Assembly (NCBI GenBank): GCA_041627895.1
Contig: JBFKQC010000079.1
Span: 1-17,566, forward strand
DNA from: Rhodobacter sp.
GTDB taxonomy: Bacteria; Pseudomonadota; Alphaproteobacteria; Rhodobacterales; Rhodobacteraceae
Direction of reading: 5' to 3'
Length of the DNA stretch: 17,566 nucleotides
Each line of letters opens with the position of its first letter. Positions within the stretch are counted from its first letter, which is position 1. Positions 7,714 through 15,302 of this stretch are shown one piece after another. Made by a program: the position numbers and the translations under genes. The notes beneath the pieces were generated by a model, which worked only from the letters and a program-made list of their open reading frames with translations, had not been told where the DNA came from and ran no database searches.

Positions 7714-9339
7714 ATGCCGAAAAAATACGAAGCGCTTCGCATCGGCAAGTTCAGCTATTCCCTGAAAACCAGGGAATTACAGGATGATAGCGGCCAGCCC
7801 GTCGCGCTGCGCAGCCAAAGCGCCGAGGTCCTGGCCTGTCTGGCGGACCGCGCCGGCCGGATGGTCTCGAAAGACGAACTGATCGCCGCCGTCTGGGCCG
7901 ACACCTTCGTGACCGACGACAGCCTGGTGCAATGCATCGGCGACATCCGCCGCGCGCTCGGCGACGATCGGCACCGGATCGTGCAGACCTTCCCGAAAAA
8001 GGGCTACCGGCTGAATGCCGCGCCGGTCCGGCCCGGGGCGCCGGCGCGGCGGCTGCGCTGGCCGCGCCCTGCGCCCGGTGCCGCGCTGGCGGTGCTGGCC
8101 GTGGCGGCGCTGGCCTGGGCGTTCCTGGCCGGCCCCTTCGGCGCCCCGCAGCGGAGCGGGGACATGCCGCGCATCGCGGTGCTGCCGTTCGACGATTTCA
8201 GCGCCGGGCCGGACCGGGGCTATCTCAGCGACGCCATCGCCGAGGGGATCATCACCGAACTGGCGCGCAGCCGCACCTTCGCGGTGATCGCGCGCAATTC
8301 CAGCTTCCGCTACCGCGTCAGCGACGCCGACATGCGCCGGATCGCCGAGGAACTGGGCGTGCACTACATCCTGGAAGGCAGCCAGCAGAAGAGCGGCAAC
8401 AAGCTGAAGGTCACGGCGCAACTGGTCGACGCGACGAGCGGCGCGCATATCTGGGCGCATTCCTACGACCAGGAGATCGGCGATCTCTTCGTGGTGCAGG
8501 ACCACATCATCCGCACCGTCGCCGACCGCGTCGGAATTCGCATCGAACGCCCCCTGCCCGGCAGCGACCCCGACAGGGTCAATGCGCTGCACCATTACCT
8601 GGCGGGCCTCGAGGCGATCCGGGCGGACTATAACGAAGAGACCAACGGCATGGTCTTCGAAGCCGGCCGCAGGGCCATCGCGGCCGACCCGGAGGCGCAT
8701 TTCGGCTATCTGGCACTGGCCTTCGCCAGCCGCGGCGCGGCGACGTTCGGCTGGCACGGGCTGGACCGCGACGCGACGCTGGCCGAGGGGCTCGGCTATG
8801 CGCAAAGGGCGCTCGACATCGCGCCGGACGATCCCGAAGTGCATTATGCCTTCGCACGGCTCTATACCGAAACCGGCGACCGCGACCTGGCGCTGGCGAG
8901 CTTCGCCAAGGCCATCGCGCTCAATCCGAGCGCGTCCGACTACCTCGTCGCCAGCACCACGCCGATGCTCTACGCCGGCGGACAGGTCGACGCGGCCATC
9001 GCGCGGCTGGAACAGGCGATGGGCATCGATCCGTTCCACGAGGACTGGTATCACTGGCAGATGGGCTGGGCGCTGTGGGAGAAGGACGATTGCGACGGCG
9101 CGCTGGCGGCGATGCAGCGGATGAAGAAGATCCCCCGGGGCGCGCACCGGATGCTGGCGGGGATCTATGCCTGTCTCGGCGAGGCCGACAAGGCGCAGGA
9201 CGCCTACAAGGTGTTCTACACCGACAGCGACGAGCCGACGATTGCCGAGCAGCGCGCGGAGTGGGAGGACATCTGGACCGCGCCGGGCAGCCTGGAGCGC
9301 TGGCTCGACCACATGCGGATTGCGGGGATGAAGGATTAG
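7714..9339 (+). CDS. Membrane-anchored winged-helix (OmpR/CadC-type, trans_reg_C) transcriptional regulator with a periplasmic TolB-N-like domain and TPR repeats. An alternative TTG start lies at 7690.
   Basis: Winged-helix motif SKDELIAAVWADTFVTDDSLVQCIGDIRRALGDD...KKGYRL. One TM helix ALAVLAVAALAWAFLAG. PRIAVLPFDDFS...YILEGSQQKSGNKLKVTAQLVDATSG matches the TolB-N-like domain seen in CadC-like and adenylate-cyclase-associated regulators. The C-terminal region is TPR-like (AFARLYTETGDRDLALASFAKAIALNP). Confidence 0.7.
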   Translation: MPKKYEALRIGKFSYSLKTRELQDDSGQPVALRSQSAEVLACLADRAGRMVSKDELIAAVWADTFVTDDSLVQCIGDIRRALGDDRHRIVQTFPKKGYRLNAAPVRPGAPARRLRWPRPAPGAALAVLAVAALAWAFLAGPFGAPQRSGDMPRIAVLPFDDFSAGPDRGYLSDAIAEGIITELARSRTFAVIARNSSFRYRVSDADMRRIAEELGVHYILEGSQQKSGNKLKVTAQLVDATSGAHIWAHSYDQEIGDLFVVQDHIIRTVADRVGIRIERPLPGSDPDRVNALHHYLAGLEAIRADYNEETNGMVFEAGRRAIAADPEAHFGYLALAFASRGAATFGWHGLDRDATLAEGLGYAQRALDIAPDDPEVHYAFARLYTETGDRDLALASFAKAIALNPSASDYLVASTTPMLYAGGQVDAAIARLEQAMGIDPFHEDWYHWQMGWALWEKDDCDGALAAMQRMKKIPRGAHRMLAGIYACLGEADKAQDAYKVFYTDSDEPTIAEQRAEWEDIWTAPGSLERWLDHMRIAGMKD

Positions 9340-9404
9340 CCGGCGGGCAGGCGACGGGCCAAGACAAGCGGCTAGACCGGTCCGAAGCCGTCACGCACCA
9401 TGGC

Positions 9405-9430
9405 GAAAGCCGCGTCGACGCGGCTTTCTC
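9405..9430 (+). terminator. Bidirectional intrinsic terminator: perfect palindrome GAAAGCCGCGTCGACGCGGCTTTC followed by TC
   Basis: 24-nt perfect inverted repeat, followed by TTTCTC on the plus strand and TTTCGCC on the minus strand. Lies 66 nt after the regulator stop. Confidence 0.5.
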
Positions 9431-9526
9431 GCGCGCGCTCGACCGCGCGTGCGCCGCCCGTCGACAGGCGGCCGGCATGGTCCGTCGACGGACCATTCGC
9501 GCCAGGCCCGGCAGCGCGGGTCAGGA

Positions 9527-9552
9527 ATGCAAAACGGGGCCCGGAGGCCCCG
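9527..9552 (-). terminator. Rho-independent terminator of rplY
   Basis: Stem CGGGGCC / GGCCCCG with loop CGGA at 9535-9552. On the minus strand it is followed by TTTTGCATTCC. Lies 28 nt downstream of the rplY stop. Confidence 0.6.
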
Positions 9553-9579
9553 CAGTTCGCAGCGTTCCGACGCCGAGGA

Positions 9580-10254
9580 CTATTCCTCGTCGCCCTCGCC
9601 CCCGGCTTCGGCCTCTTCGCCGGCCAGCGGCACCTCGTCGGCGGCGACCTCTTCGCCCTCTTCCTCTTCCTCGTCGGCGCGCAGGCCCGACGGGGCCGAG
9701 ATGTTGGCGATCACGAAGTCGCGGTCGATCGTGGGCCGGGTGCCCTCGGGCAGCGTCACCATGCTGATCGTCACGACGTCGTTGATGTCCAGCCCGGTCA
9801 GGTCGACGGTGATGTGATCCGGAATCTCGGACGCGGTCACCACAAGCTCGACCTCGGGGCGCACCACGGTCAGCACGCCGCCCTTCTTGATCCCGGGCGC
9901 GATCGCCTCGTTCTCGAACTCGACCGGAATGTAGAGCTTGACCTTCGAGGTCCGGCGCAGGCGCATGAGATCGACATGCGTGGGCAGGTCCTTGACCACG
10001 TCGCGCTGCACGCCGCGGCAGATCACGCGGACGTCGTCATGGCCGTCCACCTTGAGGTTGAAGAGCGTCGACAGGAAGCGGCCCGCCTTCAGCGTCTTCA
10101 AGAGCTGGTTGTAGGGAATGGTGATCGGCAGCGGATCGACGCCGCCCCCGTAGACGATGCCTGGCACCAGATTTTCGCGGCGTGCCTGACGGGCGGCCCC
10201 CTTGCCTGTCCCCGTCCGTTCCGCGGCGATGAGATCGGGAATCCCGCCGGCCAT
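9580..10254 (-). CDS. rplY: 50S ribosomal protein L25 / general stress protein Ctc, with an acidic C-terminal tail
   Basis: [38 protein letters not shown] is the canonical L25/Ctc N-terminus. RBS AAGGAGA 7 nt upstream of the ATG at 10254. The C-terminal [11 protein letters not shown]...GEGDEE tail is typical of alphaproteobacterial Ctc. The ORF-track extension to 11109 is an upstream artefact. Confidence 0.9.
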   Translation of the reverse strand: MAGGIPDLIAAERTGTGKGAARQARRENLVPGIVYGGGVDPLPITIPYNQLLKTLKAGRFLSTLFNLKVDGHDDVRVICRGVQRDVVKDLPTHVDLMRLRRTSKVKLYIPVEFENEAIAPGIKKGGVLTVVRPEVELVVTASEIPDHITVDLTGLDINDVVTISMVTLPEGTRPTIDRDFVIANISAPSGLRADEEEEEGEEVAADEVPLAGEEAEAGGEGDEE

Positions 10255-10416
10255 TGGAAGTCTCCTTGATTGAGGGGGCATCCTCCAAGGGTGTATGCCC
10301 CGAATGAAGCGCCGCCTATAGGACAGAACCGCCACGATGGGAAGGGCAAATGTCGATTGCCGATTGGCACGGCCCGCGGCACCGGATAGTCCGGTTCGGG
10401 CCGCCCTGTCCCGGAG

Positions 10417-11583
10417 ATGTGCATGTCTGTCGTCAAGGCGTTGAGATTGTCGCGCGCGCCGGCCGCCGCGCTGATGGCGGTGGGCATGCTGTGGGGCGGC
10501 TTCGCGGCCTTGGTGCCGGATATCAAGGCCGCCGTCGGCGCCTCGGATGCCGGGCTCGGCGCGGCGCTTCTGATGTCGGCCGTCGGCGGGCTGATCTCGA
10601 TGGCGCTGGCGCCGCGGATCGGCCGGGCGCTGGGGCGGCTCGGCCTGCCGCTGATCGGCGCCGCGCTCTGTCTGGCGTTCCTCTACCCGGCCTTCGCCAC
10701 CGGCGTCGCCACGCTCGGCGCCGCGATGTTCGCCATGGGCGCCACCGTGGCGCTTCTCGACATCACCGCCAATGTCGAGATCAGCGCCCGCGAGGCGCGC
10801 CACCGCGTGCACCTGATGAACGTGAACCACGCAATGTTCTCCTTCGCCTTCGCCGCGACCGCCTTCGGCACCGGGCTGGCAAGGCAGGCGGGATACGGCC
10901 CCGGCCAGGTGCTGCCGGTGCTCGGCCTCCTGAACCTGGGCCTGGTCTGGCTGATGTGGAGCCCACGCCTGAAAGGCCCGTCGGCGGGCGCCGGGACCGA
11001 GGCCGAGACGCCGCGCCGCCCGCCCTGGCTGGCGATCGGCCTGACCGGGCTGGTGCTGTTCGCCTCGTTCATCGGCGAGAACGCGACCGAGGCCTGGTCG
11101 GCGCTGCATATCGAGCGCACGCTCGGCGCCGCGCCGGGCGAAGGCAGCCTCGGCCCGGCGATGCTAGGCCTGGTGATGGGGATCGGCCGGCTATCGGGCC
11201 AGGTCGCGGCCGAGCGGCTGGGTCACGGCCGGGTGATCTTCTGGTCGGCGGCGCTGGGCATCGCCGGGGCGTTGACCATCGCGGCGGCGCCCAGCGTGGC
11301 CGTGGTGGTGGCCGGCGTCGCGGTCACGGCGCTGGGGATGGCGGTGATCGTGCCCTCGGCGAACTCGATCCTGGGCGCGCACGTGACCGAACGCCAGCGG
11401 GCCCATGCGCTGTCGCGCGCCTGGATGCTGGGCATCGTCGGCTTCTTCATCGGACCGGCGATGATGGGCGGGATCTCCGAGATGCTGGGACTGCGCGCCT
11501 CCTTCGTCGCGGTCAGCGGCGTGATCGCGCTGATCCTCCCCGCGGTCTGGTTGCTGGAGCGCCAGCCGCGTGCCATTGCGTGA
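10417..11583 (+). CDS. MFS-family transporter, 12-TM-like. An alternative start lies at 10423.
   Basis: 388 aa and hydrophobic throughout, with about 12 predicted helices, internal two-fold repeat organisation, and a short cytoplasmic loop [16 protein letters not shown] in the middle. Confidence 0.6.
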   Translation: MCMSVVKALRLSRAPAAALMAVGMLWGGFAALVPDIKAAVGASDAGLGAALLMSAVGGLISMALAPRIGRALGRLGLPLIGAALCLAFLYPAFATGVATLGAAMFAMGATVALLDITANVEISAREARHRVHLMNVNHAMFSFAFAATAFGTGLARQAGYGPGQVLPVLGLLNLGLVWLMWSPRLKGPSAGAGTEAETPRRPPWLAIGLTGLVLFASFIGENATEAWSALHIERTLGAAPGEGSLGPAMLGLVMGIGRLSGQVAAERLGHGRVIFWSAALGIAGALTIAAAPSVAVVVAGVAVTALGMAVIVPSANSILGAHVTERQRAHALSRAWMLGIVGFFIGPAMMGGISEMLGLRASFVAVSGVIALILPAVWLLERQPRAIA

Positions 11584-11584
11584 G

Positions 11585-11659
11585 GGGCCGTTGCGTGGCG
11601 GGCCGCTGCGTTTCGGGCCGTTGCGTGGCGGGCCGTTGCGTGGCGGGCCGTAACGCCGC
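11585..11659. repeat. 15-bp tandem repeat GGGCCGTTGCGTGGC x5 (units 2 and 5 degenerate) starting 1 nt after the MFS stop codon
   Basis: Direct reading of the sequence: units at 11585, 11600, 11615, 11630 and 11645. The last 18 nt of the MFS gene resemble the unit. Confidence 0.8.
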
Positions 11660-12035
11660 GCGGTGCGGTCGGAATTGGTTAACCCCGGCGCGGTATACCC
11701 CGGCCCCGAAGCTTCCGCGCGGGCAGAAATCCGCGTGATACCAGATGTCCGGTCCCTTGCCGCACACCCGGCGGGGACGGCCCAAAGATCGCTCGGGGAC
11801 TTAAAACCTCCCCGGGGCCCTGGGGGCAGTGCCCCCGGACAGACCTACCGGCGGCGCCGCCACCTTCTGGACGCGAAACCGCAGCCCCATCGCAGAGCAC
11901 CGCATGACGCACCGCCGCCCCGGGCAGCCGGTCGGCGCCGCATCCTGCGCATTCGCGCGCTTCCTCCCAATGGGAGCCCGCGCGCCGCTTCACCGCGGCC
12001 AAACGCGCGCGCCCGCGCATCGCGCGGCGCTGGGG

Positions 12036-13211
12036 TCAGCTCTCGCCGCCCGCCCAGGCCCCGGCGAACCCGTCCGGCACCAGCAGGATGTCGCGGCCAA
12101 GCTCGTCGATCCGCCGCCGCCCGCACAGCGCCATCGAGTAGTCCAGCTCCTTGTGGATCACCTCCAGCGCCCGCGTCACCCCGGCCTGGCCCATCGCCCC
12201 CAGCCCATAGACGAAGGCGCGGCCGATATAGGTGCCCTTCGCGCCCATCGCCAGCGCCTTCAGCACGTCCTGCCCGGACCGGATGCCGCTGTCGAGATGC
12301 ACCTCGACCTTGTCGCCGACCGCGTCCATGATCGCGGGCAGCGCGCGGATCGCGCTCAGCGCCCCGTCAAGCTGGCGCCCACCGTGGTTCGACACGATGA
12401 TCGCGTCGGCGCCCACGTTCAGCGCCTGCCGCGCGTCCTCGGCATCGAGAATACCCTTCAGAATGAGCGGCCCGCCCCAAAGCCGCTTGACCTCTTTCAC
12501 CTTCTCCCAGTCCAGCGACGGATCAAAGCTTTCCGCCGCCCAGGACGACAGCGACGACAGGTTGCTGACGCCCTTGGCGTGGCCGACGATGTTGCCGAAG
12601 GTGCGCCGTTTCGTCCCGAGCATCGCCAGGCCCCAGGACCACTTGGTCGCGAGGTCCAGGATGTTGCCGACCGAGGGCCTCAGCGGCACCGTCAGCCCGT
12701 TCTTCAGGTCCTTGTGGCGCTGGCCGAGGATCTGCAGATCGAGCGTCAGCACCAGCGCCGAGCACTTCGCTTCCCTGGCGCGCTCGATCATGCGCACGAC
12801 GAAATCCCAGTCGCGCATCACGTAAAGCTGGAACCAGAACGGTTTGTCGGTGTTGTCCGCCACATCCTCGACCGAACAGACCGACATCGTCGACAGCGTG
12901 AACTGGGTGCCGAACTCGTGCGCCGCGCGGGCGGCGAGAATCTCGCCGTCGGCCCATTGCATCCCGGTCGAGCCCACCGGCGCCAGCACCACCGGCATGG
13001 CGACGTCCTGGCCGATCATCCGGGTCGCGGTCGAGCGCCCGGTCATGTCCACCGCCACCCGCTGCCTGAGCCGCAGCAGATCGAAATCCGAGGAATTCTC
13101 GCGAAACGTCTGCTCGGTCCAGGACCCGCTTTCGCAGTAATCGTAGAACATCTTCGGCACACGCCGCCGATAGAGCCGCCTGAGGTCGTCGATCTCGGTG
13201 ATGACGGGCAT
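12036..13211 (-). CDS. FMN-dependent alpha-hydroxy-acid dehydrogenase (L-lactate dehydrogenase LldD-like)
   Basis: 391 aa. N-terminus MPVITEIDDLRRLYRRRVPKMFYDY. Active-site region IIVSNHGGRQLDG and SGIRSGQDVLKALAMGA, typical of the LldD / glycolate oxidase family. The ORF-track extension to 13517 is upstream read-through. Confidence 0.8.
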   Translation of the reverse strand: MPVITEIDDLRRLYRRRVPKMFYDYCESGSWTEQTFRENSSDFDLLRLRQRVAVDMTGRSTATRMIGQDVAMPVVLAPVGSTGMQWADGEILAARAAHEFGTQFTLSTMSVCSVEDVADNTDKPFWFQLYVMRDWDFVVRMIERAREAKCSALVLTLDLQILGQRHKDLKNGLTVPLRPSVGNILDLATKWSWGLAMLGTKRRTFGNIVGHAKGVSNLSSLSSWAAESFDPSLDWEKVKEVKRLWGGPLILKGILDAEDARQALNVGADAIIVSNHGGRQLDGALSAIRALPAIMDAVGDKVEVHLDSGIRSGQDVLKALAMGAKGTYIGRAFVYGLGAMGQAGVTRALEVIHKELDYSMALCGRRRIDELGRDILLVPDGFAGAWAGGES

Positions 13212-13338
13212 TGCTGGGGTCCTTTCCCGCAAAAACTGGTCAGGTCTTCGTACCAATGCCCGGATTGGCTGACAATGCGTCGCCTTGCGCCGTGCCCGCA
13301 TAGCTGCTTTGCCTCGGGAAGCGATCGGCGGGGGCGGC

Positions 13339-14112
13339 ATGGACATCGTGACGACCGGAATACTGGCAAGCCTCGGCGCCGGGCTGATGACCGGGGTCGG
13401 CGCCGTGCCGGTGCTGTTCGGCCGGTCGGTTCCGCAAGGCCTGAACGACGCCTTCCTGGGCTTCGCCGCGGGCGTGATGCTGTCGGCGGCGTTCCTGTCG
13501 CTGATCCTGCCCGGCATCGACGCCGGCGCGGCCGCCTATGGCGGTCAGGCGCGCGCGGCGCTGGTCGCGGCGGCGGGGATCGCGCTGGGCGCGCTGGCCG
13601 TCGCCGCGCTGAACGAGGCGCTGCCGCACGAGCATTTCGTGCACGGCACCGAGGGGCGCGACCCGGGCACGCTCGCGCGGATCTGGCTTTTCGTCTTCGC
13701 GATCACGATCCACAATTTTCCCGAGGGCCTTGCCGTCGGCGTCGGCTTTGGCGGCGGCGACGTGGCGCGGGGAATGTCGCTGGCCACCGGGATCGGGCTG
13801 CAGAACGCGCCCGAGGGGCTGGCCGTGGCGCTGGCGCTGCGCGGGCAGGGATACCGGCGCGGCACGGCGGTCTTCGTCGCGCTAGCGACCGGGCTGATCG
13901 AACCCGTCGGCGGCGCGCTGGGGGTCTGGGCGGTGCACGCCTCGGCCGCGCTTCTGCCCTGGGGGCTGACCTTCGCGGCCGGTGCGATGATGTACATCAT
14001 CAGCCACGAGATCATCCCCGAGACCCACCGCCACGGCCACCAGAACGCCGCGACGGCGGGGCTGGTGCTGGGCCTGGTCGTGATGATGGTTCTGGACGTC
14101 ACGCTGGGATAG
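13339..14112 (+). CDS. zupT: ZIP-family zinc/divalent metal transporter ZupT
   Basis: MDIVTTGILASLGAGLMTG N-terminus. Conserved HNFPEGLAVG and QNAPEGLAVA motifs and an HEIIPETHRHGH segment. 257 aa. The ORF-track TTG start at 13285 is probably too far upstream. Confidence 0.8.
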   Translation: MDIVTTGILASLGAGLMTGVGAVPVLFGRSVPQGLNDAFLGFAAGVMLSAAFLSLILPGIDAGAAAYGGQARAALVAAAGIALGALAVAALNEALPHEHFVHGTEGRDPGTLARIWLFVFAITIHNFPEGLAVGVGFGGGDVARGMSLATGIGLQNAPEGLAVALALRGQGYRRGTAVFVALATGLIEPVGGALGVWAVHASAALLPWGLTFAAGAMMYIISHEIIPETHRHGHQNAATAGLVLGLVVMMVLDVTLG

Positions 14113-14205
14113 CGCCGCCCCACCCGGCACCCGCGGGCGGCCGGCAGCGCACCGCCGGGTACCGGCACGCGGCGTTGGCGAAGCCGCCGCGGCGGCTCGG
14201 CGCGG

Positions 14206-14739
14206 TCAGGACTCCGCGGTTTCCCGGCGCCCGGTCTGCGACGGCGTGCCGCCGACCAGCGCCTCGGCCATCAGGTGGTCGATGAACAGGCTCAGCAGTT
14301 GCGGCCGCCCGCTGACCCCGGCCTTGCGGTAGATCGCGTTGCTCTGCGCCTTCACGGTTCCTTCCGAGGTCTGCCGCGCCGCCGCGATCTCCTGCAGGCT
14401 CAGCCCCTTGATCGCGAACAGCGCCACGTCGCGCTCGGCCGCGGTCAGGCCCCAGTCGTCGAAATGCTCTTCCAGAAGGTCCATGAACGCGCCGGAGGCC
14501 ACGCGCAACTGCGCCTCGGCCCGGGACGAGCGCGCATGGGCGCGGAACAGCATCGTCGTGCCCAGCACGAGCCCCAGCAACAGCCCCAGCGCCGCGCCGA
14601 TTTCCAGCAACTCGCGGGTCTGCCAGCTGATCGGGGTCGACCGCAGGCCGAACAGCCCCGACAGGAGATCCCACAGAAACACCAGCGTGCAGGCCGCCTG
14701 CACCACGATGATGCCGACCAGAACCGGCAGCCGGCTCAT
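14206..14739 (-). CDS. Membrane-anchored LuxR/GerE-type HTH transcriptional regulator with two N-terminal TM helices and no receiver domain
   Basis: TM1 VLVGIIVVQAACTLVFLWDLLSGLF and TM2 LLEIGAALGLLLGLVLGTTMLF. The C-terminal LTAAERDVALFAIKGLSLQEIAAARQTSEGTVKAQSNAIYRKAGVSGRPQLL is a LuxR-type HTH. Lies 19 nt downstream of PepSY-1 and is co-oriented with it. Confidence 0.65.
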   Translation of the reverse strand: MSRLPVLVGIIVVQAACTLVFLWDLLSGLFGLRSTPISWQTRELLEIGAALGLLLGLVLGTTMLFRAHARSSRAEAQLRVASGAFMDLLEEHFDDWGLTAAERDVALFAIKGLSLQEIAAARQTSEGTVKAQSNAIYRKAGVSGRPQLLSLFIDHLMAEALVGGTPSQTGRRETAES

Positions 14740-14757
14740 GCCGCGGTCCCCGTCGCG

Positions 14758-15219
14758 TCAGTCGTCTTCACTGCCGCCACCCGAGCCGGAATTGCCGCTT
14801 CCGGACCCGGAATTCGAACTGCCCGATCCCGAATTCGAGCTGCCCGATCCCGAGTTCGAGCTGCCCGAGCCGCTGTTGTCGTCCTCTTCGTCCTCCGCCT
14901 CGTCCCTTTCGTCCTCTTCGTCCTTTTCGTCCTTTTCGTCCTCGGGATCGTCGTCCGAACCGAACGGCAGCCTGAACGACCCGTCGGCGTGGCGCGACAG
15001 GTCGCGCAGCACTTCGCCGGTCCGGGAGTTCAGGACGATTTCCCGCTCGATCTCGCCCTTTTCGGCCAGGATGCGGGTGCGGCCCAGCCAGGTCCGGCTG
15101 ATCGTGATGCGCTCATAGCCCTCGCGGGTCAGCTGGCGCACCCAGGCATCGGCCACGCCGGCGGCCCAGGCCGCGGCCGCAACCAGCACCATCGCCAAAA
15201 CAAGAAGCGTCTTTCGCAT
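14758..15219 (-). CDS. Secreted PepSY-domain protein with a poly-acidic (D/E/K) plus Ser/Gly-repeat low-complexity C-terminal tail
   Basis: ATG at 15219. Signal peptide MRKTLLVLAMVLVAAAAWAAGVADA. PepSY-like core GYERITISRTWLGRTRILAEKGEIEREIVLNSRTGEVLRD. Tail DDDPEDEKDEKDEEDERDEAEDEEDD(NSGSGSS)x4...SEDD. The track's TTG start at 15234 lies upstream in the same frame. Confidence 0.6.
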   Translation of the reverse strand: MRKTLLVLAMVLVAAAAWAAGVADAWVRQLTREGYERITISRTWLGRTRILAEKGEIEREIVLNSRTGEVLRDLSRHADGSFRLPFGSDDDPEDEKDEKDEEDERDEAEDEEDDNSGSGSSNSGSGSSNSGSGSSNSGSGSGNSGSGGGSEDD

Positions 15220-15240
15220 CTCAGCCGCCTTCAAACGGGT

Positions 15241-15265
15241 ATCCCCGGTCTACAAGACCGGGGAT
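15241..15265. promoter_or_regulatory. Perfect inverted repeat ATCCCCGGTCT-ACA-AGACCGGGGAT (11-bp arms) between the two PepSY genes. Candidate operator or terminator-attenuator.
   Basis: Direct reading of the sequence. Lies 22 nt upstream of the PepSY-1 start and 38 nt downstream of the PepSY-2 stop. On the minus strand it is followed by ACCCGTTTGAAGG, a weak U-tract. Confidence 0.45.
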
Positions 15266-15302
15266 CGGGCCTCAACAGGATCGGGTCGGGGATAGGAACG
15301 GG

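Noticed and set aside
7777-9312. 511-aa minus-strand ORF antisense to the winged-helix/TPR regulator, and the 7932..8633 (+) alternate frame
   Set aside because: Arg-rich low-complexity translations. The plus-strand frame starting at 7690/7714 carries the coherent wHTH-TM-TolB-N-TPR architecture.
10255-11109. Upstream extension of the rplY ORF to 509 aa (9580..11109), the 10350..11738 (+) ORF, and the 3689..5146 (-) and 1354..2109 (-) ORFs
   Set aside because: The extension is an Arg/Gln-rich read-through upstream of the true rplY start, which has a consensus RBS at 10254. The others overlap the MFS, lhr and pdeM genes on the wrong strand and have junk-like composition.
11829-14285. 818-aa plus-strand ORF spanning the lldD and zupT region, and ORF 11663..12331 (+)
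   Set aside because: Open frames created by the GC bias. They are antisense to, or out of frame with, the clearly motif-bearing lldD-like (SNHGGRQLDG) and zupT (HNFPEGLAVG) genes.
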